Assembly: GCA_051294375.1 (NCBI GenBank)
Contig: JBJCIZ010000737.1
Location: 1-14,763 of the forward strand
DNA: 14,763 nt
Direction: 5' to 3'
Source of the DNA: Paraspadella gotoi
Taxonomy: Eukaryota > Animalia > Chaetognatha
Shown: positions 11,018-14,763 of the stretch, piece after piece
Position numbering within the stretch: position 1 is the first letter of the stretch
Layout of the letters: each line of letters begins with the position of its first letter
The notes under the pieces: model-generated
The model's database searches: none
The model's input: the letters and a program-made list of their open reading frames with translations, nothing else
Told to the model about the DNA's origin: nothing
Made by a program: the position numbers and the translations under genes

Positions 11018-11168
11018 GTAACATTTATTTTATTAAAAATTCGGGTTAATTTTACTTGCCACAACCGAGTTAGGGGGGATTAAGGGTTAAGTGTGGTTAT
11101 TGTTAAGAGGGTTTAAAGTTAGGGTAATTAGATGATAATTTAATTTTTTTAAAAATAAATATTTTAAG

Positions 11169-11243
11169 TGGTTGTTCAAAAGAAGCCAAAAACCTGGTTG
11201 GCGAAAGTCAAATTTAACCAAAAATTAGTTCTTAAACAGCAGC
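11169..11243 (+). CDS. Gene C exon, basic juxtamembrane segment
   Basis: ttttaag acceptor; splices in phase to give LVVQKKPKTWLAKVKFNQKLVLKQQ; donor gtaaaa at 11244 (phase 1). Confidence 0.45.
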
Positions 11244-11316
11244 GTAAAAATTACCAGCGTTAATTTTAATCTAGTCAGTCAAACTTAAACTTGAAATTAA
11301 ACGAATATATCTTAAA

Positions 11317-11578
11317 ATGGCAGTATGTGGCGGTATATTCACACCGCCTCACGTCCACCATTCTTCAAGCCAAATCCATTGGCTCAGAGGGGGAACACAC
11401 CATCCGGCGTAGGTGTCCATCACCAAGTCCTAACGACTTCCTCTGCGTTGGCAAAGCGAGACCGTCCTAGGGTAACCGCGCCAGTAACTGGAGGCGTCAC
11501 TGAGGGTCGGAAGCCCCCAAAGCCAACAGTGAGATGCCCCATCCCAATGGGCATCACAGGCAACCCGGCTGTTGCCAT
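11317..11578. ncRNA. Unidentified highly structured GC-rich element (candidate ncRNA, or non-autonomous mobile element) in an intron of gene C
   Basis: 149 G/C in 11321-11580 (~57%, hand count) within very AT-rich flanks. About ten 4-7 bp helices tile the element, plus complementary termini ATGGCA/TGCCAT. Family and strand are not established. Confidence 0.5.
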
Positions 11579-11630
11579 AGATATTTTAGTTATATATTTC
11601 CAATGAATTACCTGTAATATTGTTTTTTAG

Positions 11631-11680
11631 CAGGCCCAAGCATCATTGAAGAATTTTTAAGACCACAAAAACTGTTTTGA
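11631..11680 (+). CDS. Gene C exon (apparent stop; may continue if frameshifted)
   Basis: tgttttttag acceptor; in phase with the previous exon: PGPSIIEEFLRPQKLF*. A further exon-like island lies at ~11786-12012. Confidence 0.4.
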
Positions 11681-12820
11681 CAGCGATAGATAACGACAAT
11701 AATTATTTTTCCCCATGTTGCTTAAATAAAAAATCTGATAATTCACAAATTTCAAAACATTAAAAAATACAAATATTTTATGTAGACCGAGTATTTAAAT
11801 TCAAATTTTTGCCAAGTAGGTAAAGCAATCTCAGTATGGAAATACTGTTGTTTCCGTTAATAAAACCATTGTACAGTGGGCTAAAGCTTCATCTCCAAAT
11901 TTAAAAATCTCTGATTTTAGTCAGTGGGCCAGTTAAACTGCAGCCGGATCCCAAGCTGATGCACCTCTTATGCACGCTATAAAAGCCAACCCAACAGTAC
12001 AGAGGGTCGATTGTGAGAATTAAGATAGAAAACAAACAAATTTTCATCCCTAAAACTATACATCATCCCAAATATTTTAAATTAACTTTCCTCTTATGAT
12101 GATGAAAGAAAGCAGATATATTTTTTTCATTGAATTGTAGATTGTAACTTGCGCTTATATTTTCCTTTCACAAATATTATTAACCTTTCCAAGTTAAAAT
12201 ACTATTATAAAAATTGTTTTTTTATAATTTTTTTATAGGAAAATTTAACATTAAAATAAAAAAATATCTAAAATTAAAAAGTGAAAAAATGAGGACTCAT
12301 TTGGCGATCCCGGAGTTGGAATCGTCGGCGAGCTTATGGGAAACAACAAAGAGAAAAAGATGAAAAGATAAAGTTCGTTTCTTTACGGAAAAAAATTAAA
12401 GACCGTGAACACAAATGATATTAAAAATGTTGAAATAGCTTACGGGTCCAGAATTCTTTTAATTAATTTTTTTTTAAATTTAATATTAGTAATATTTTTT
12501 GTTATCTTTTGATAAATTATTTAAAAAGGCAACAGTTTTTATTTGTGATGACGCACGATAATTTAATGAATTCGGACATGTTTGGTTTTGTTTTTTTTTC
12601 ACCCTTCATCAGCCACTTTGATAGTTTTAGAAAATATTTAAAGTATTAAACTTTGAGAGAGAAATAAAGAAAGAGGAATTTTAACCTGATATCTCTCTCT
12701 TCCGAATTATTAAAATGATCGTTGTAATATAAATAAAACTATGTGTTTTATAAATACATTATTATTAAAATATTATTTTTTAAATCTTAAATTATTGTAT
12801 ACTTAATTTTAAATTTAACC

Positions 12821-12898
12821 CAAGCTTACCGCCTAACGCCAAACTTACCCCTAACCAAACTTACCGCCTAACTAAACTTATCCTAACCTAAAACTTAT
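12821..12898. repeat. Degenerate ~16-19 bp minisatellite, consensus ~AAACTTACCGCCTAACC, ~4.5 copies
   Basis: Units caagcttaccgcctaacgc / caaacttacccctaac / caaacttaccgcctaac / taaacttatcctaacc / taaaacttat. Confidence 0.8.
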
Positions 12899-13060
12899 AT
12901 TTTATTCTTAATTTATCTTAAACCATAAGTTATGCGTAACTTTATTTATCCAAGATAACAAAATAACAAATATTAAAAATTACAATGTTATCTGAATTCT
13001 TTAAATTTTATCCAAAAATTATCCTCTTCCATTCCTTTTCGTTCTCTTGCTTTAAAAAAC

Positions 13061-14471
13061 CTTGCCTTTCGTTTTCCATATGCGTCCAGAGCATATTGGA
13101 TCTCTAGGAAATGCCCTGAAATGTACTAAAAAGGGACGCAACAATTTGTAATGTTTATATAAGACAAGAAAGATATCAAGTATTACATATTAGGAACTTA
13201 TCGTGTTTAATACTTGGGGAAACTTCTCATGGATCAATCGTGATCGTGGTATCTAAATTTAAAAACTACAAAATTATGTTAGGAACCCGCCGGTCTGTCC
13301 TACAGAAAACGAACCGCGAGAATCTTTGATTCGAAAGAACCTTCGGTTGCGAGCAGCTTCGTCGTTCAGGGAAACCCTCCATAGATGGCAAGAATTGGCG
13401 GCCGGAGTGGATGACGACGAAGTGTAAAGTTTCTGTTCTTAATCTAAAGAATTCTTAAATGGGTACCTATTAAAATAATCCAAAGAATATAGATAACAAA
13501 CAGTACAAAATAATATCAAAATCATATTTAAAACACTCAAAAATTACAAAGAATTAAACAAATACGTACGGATTCAGAATCAATGAACTAAGTATGAAAA
13601 GCATACTGAATTTCGACGAAATAACTGAATTACGAGACGAACAAACGAACACGATCCTTGTGACGACGTATTAAACACATACTCTTCAAATTAATATTCA
13701 GTAAAATGAAAAAAATATATAGAATATCGTAATATCAAAAATATAAAAAAGTACATAGAATTATAAAATTTGATCACGGAAAAACGGACCGTGATAAAAA
13801 TGTCGCTGCCAAAATCTAGTCTAGACTAATCTAGACCACGCGGTCGTCTCCTAAAACCGCCCGCCGAGAATATTTCGAGAATACAATACTGAATACATAC
13901 TGAAGACCGGGATCGCGGGCTGCCGGTAATGTTTGTAATAGTGTTCTTATCCACATGGCGTCTTGGTATAATGATTTAATACCGTTAATAAAATAAAGCA
14001 TTACGATATTTCCATCTGCTCTGCCGGCGAAGCAAGTTGAAATATCTAGTACAAGACACTAATAAAGGTATTAATCACATGTCATCTTTCGTATTTATCC
14101 CGTAATTAATTGGAGATTAATTGTAACTATTTCATGTTTCAATACAGTATGAAAGCACGAATAGTTTACAATTAATCAACAGAATTAATCACGGAAGAAT
14201 TACGGAAGACGAAGACGATCCCAAATGATCGCGGATAGAGAGACGACGGAAACGAAAGTCAATATATCTCTCTACTAAAAATGAATATTAAGTTTAACTA
14301 ATTTAACTATTTGGTTACACATTCCTCTTCAAAAGGGCATCCCAGGTCATCCATTAGCAGAAAGCAGACGAGGGAAATGGACCCGTATCTATATGTCGCC
14401 AGAGATCATACCGAAAGCGATTCTGCGCTCAACGAAAAGATCGCGAGCCACAGCCAGAAGCGAACCAAAAA
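13061..14471 (-). CDS. Fragmentary gene D (candidate exons 14471-14321, 13432-~13280, 13252-13187, 13115-13061); product unknown
   Basis: - strand acceptors (ttttgtcgcgcag, gaacag, aaatttag, catttcag) and GT donors at several 3' ends. A 52-codon open frame KLYTSSSST...GQTGGFLT runs 13432-13277. Intervening DNA is strongly T-rich on the - strand. Confidence 0.25.
14017..14049 (+). mobile_element. Helitron-like 3' terminus (subterminal hairpin + CTAG|T)
   Basis: 18-nt imperfect palindrome TGCTCTGCCGGCGAAGCA (14017-14034), 11-nt spacer, CTAG (14046-14049), then T. This matches the established Helitron 3' end geometry. No Rep/Helicase ORF in the window. Confidence 0.4.
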
Positions 14472-14763
14472 CTGCGCGACAAAAGAAAAAATGAGGGGAA
14501 AAAAAAAAAAAAAATCCCGAGCCCCGTTTTGCATGCGTAACAAAGAAACTCAGAATTCCCCGGCAAATTCAATAAAACGGCGCCAGCGAGCATAAAACAA
14601 AGAATGTTAAGCGGGATTTTATCCGAAGAAAAATCATTATATTGGAGTTTACTCTTTGATTAATATTAATGTTTTACATATTTATTCCGCGCTCCCCCAA
14701 AAAAGGAAAGTTTAAACAACCAGCTAACTGCTGATAACTGAAATTCCCCCCACCTCCGCCAGC

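Noticed and set aside
11329-11360. tRNA/tmRNA-like 3' end (hairpin + TCACGTCCACCA)
   Set aside because: No T-loop consensus and no complementary acceptor strand (GGACGTGA-like) on the same strand.
11425-11439. CCTAAC as a telomerase RNA template
   Set aside because: Barely more than one TTAGG unit, held in a 5-nt hairpin loop; no GCCTAAG-type template, pseudoknot or H/ACA end identified.
11325-11606. 93-aa ORF over the structured element, and AVCGGIFT (CUB-like start) in another frame
   Set aside because: Expected by chance in GC-rich DNA; the flanking exons join in phase without it; the CUB-like frame lacks the downstream motif and has several stops.
10002-12020. Alternative genetic code (TAA/TAG = Gln) suggested by single in-frame TAG 10035 and TAA ~11934 in otherwise open frames
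   Set aside because: Too few cases, no homologue to test against, TGA interrupts other exons as well, and the evident error rate explains them.
12821-12898. CRISPR-like array
   Set aside because: Repeats are contiguous without unique spacers, the context is eukaryotic, and there are no cas genes.
14321-14471. Sulfatase-like FLLMDDLG after a signal-peptide-like stretch (- strand)
   Set aside because: In-frame TGA between the parts, no PN before or GD after the motif, and no CxPxR motif found.
14515-14545. RNase MRP-like 3' motif GTTACGCATGCAAAACGGGGCTC (- strand)
   Set aside because: No GAAAGUCCCC CR-I partner upstream in the window, and internal T runs would terminate Pol III.

Overview
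Eukaryotic, intron-rich genomic DNA, probably from an invertebrate and possibly a nematode (inference from short exons and TTTCAG/TTTTAG acceptors). There is no prokaryotic gene, rRNA, tRNA or CRISPR array. Nearly every candidate exon needs one or two indels to read through, so the sequence looks like an unpolished long read or assembly. Most ORFs in the supplied track are artefacts of (CT)n/(GA)n microsatellites. The window has two compositional halves. Positions 1-~9770 are dense in CT/GA tracts and hold a fragmentary + strand multi-exon gene (2351-5951) converging on a fragmentary - strand gene (~7204-9440). Positions ~9770-14763 are very AT-rich with almost no such tracts. They hold the 3' part of a probable single-pass membrane protein gene (+, ~9984-11680) and weak - strand exons. 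No protein could be named with confidence. The most notable object is a ~262-nt, ~57% GC, densely base-paired element (11317-11578) inside an AT-rich intron; I could not match it to a known ncRNA family by eye. A canonical-looking Helitron 3' end (14017-14049) is also present.
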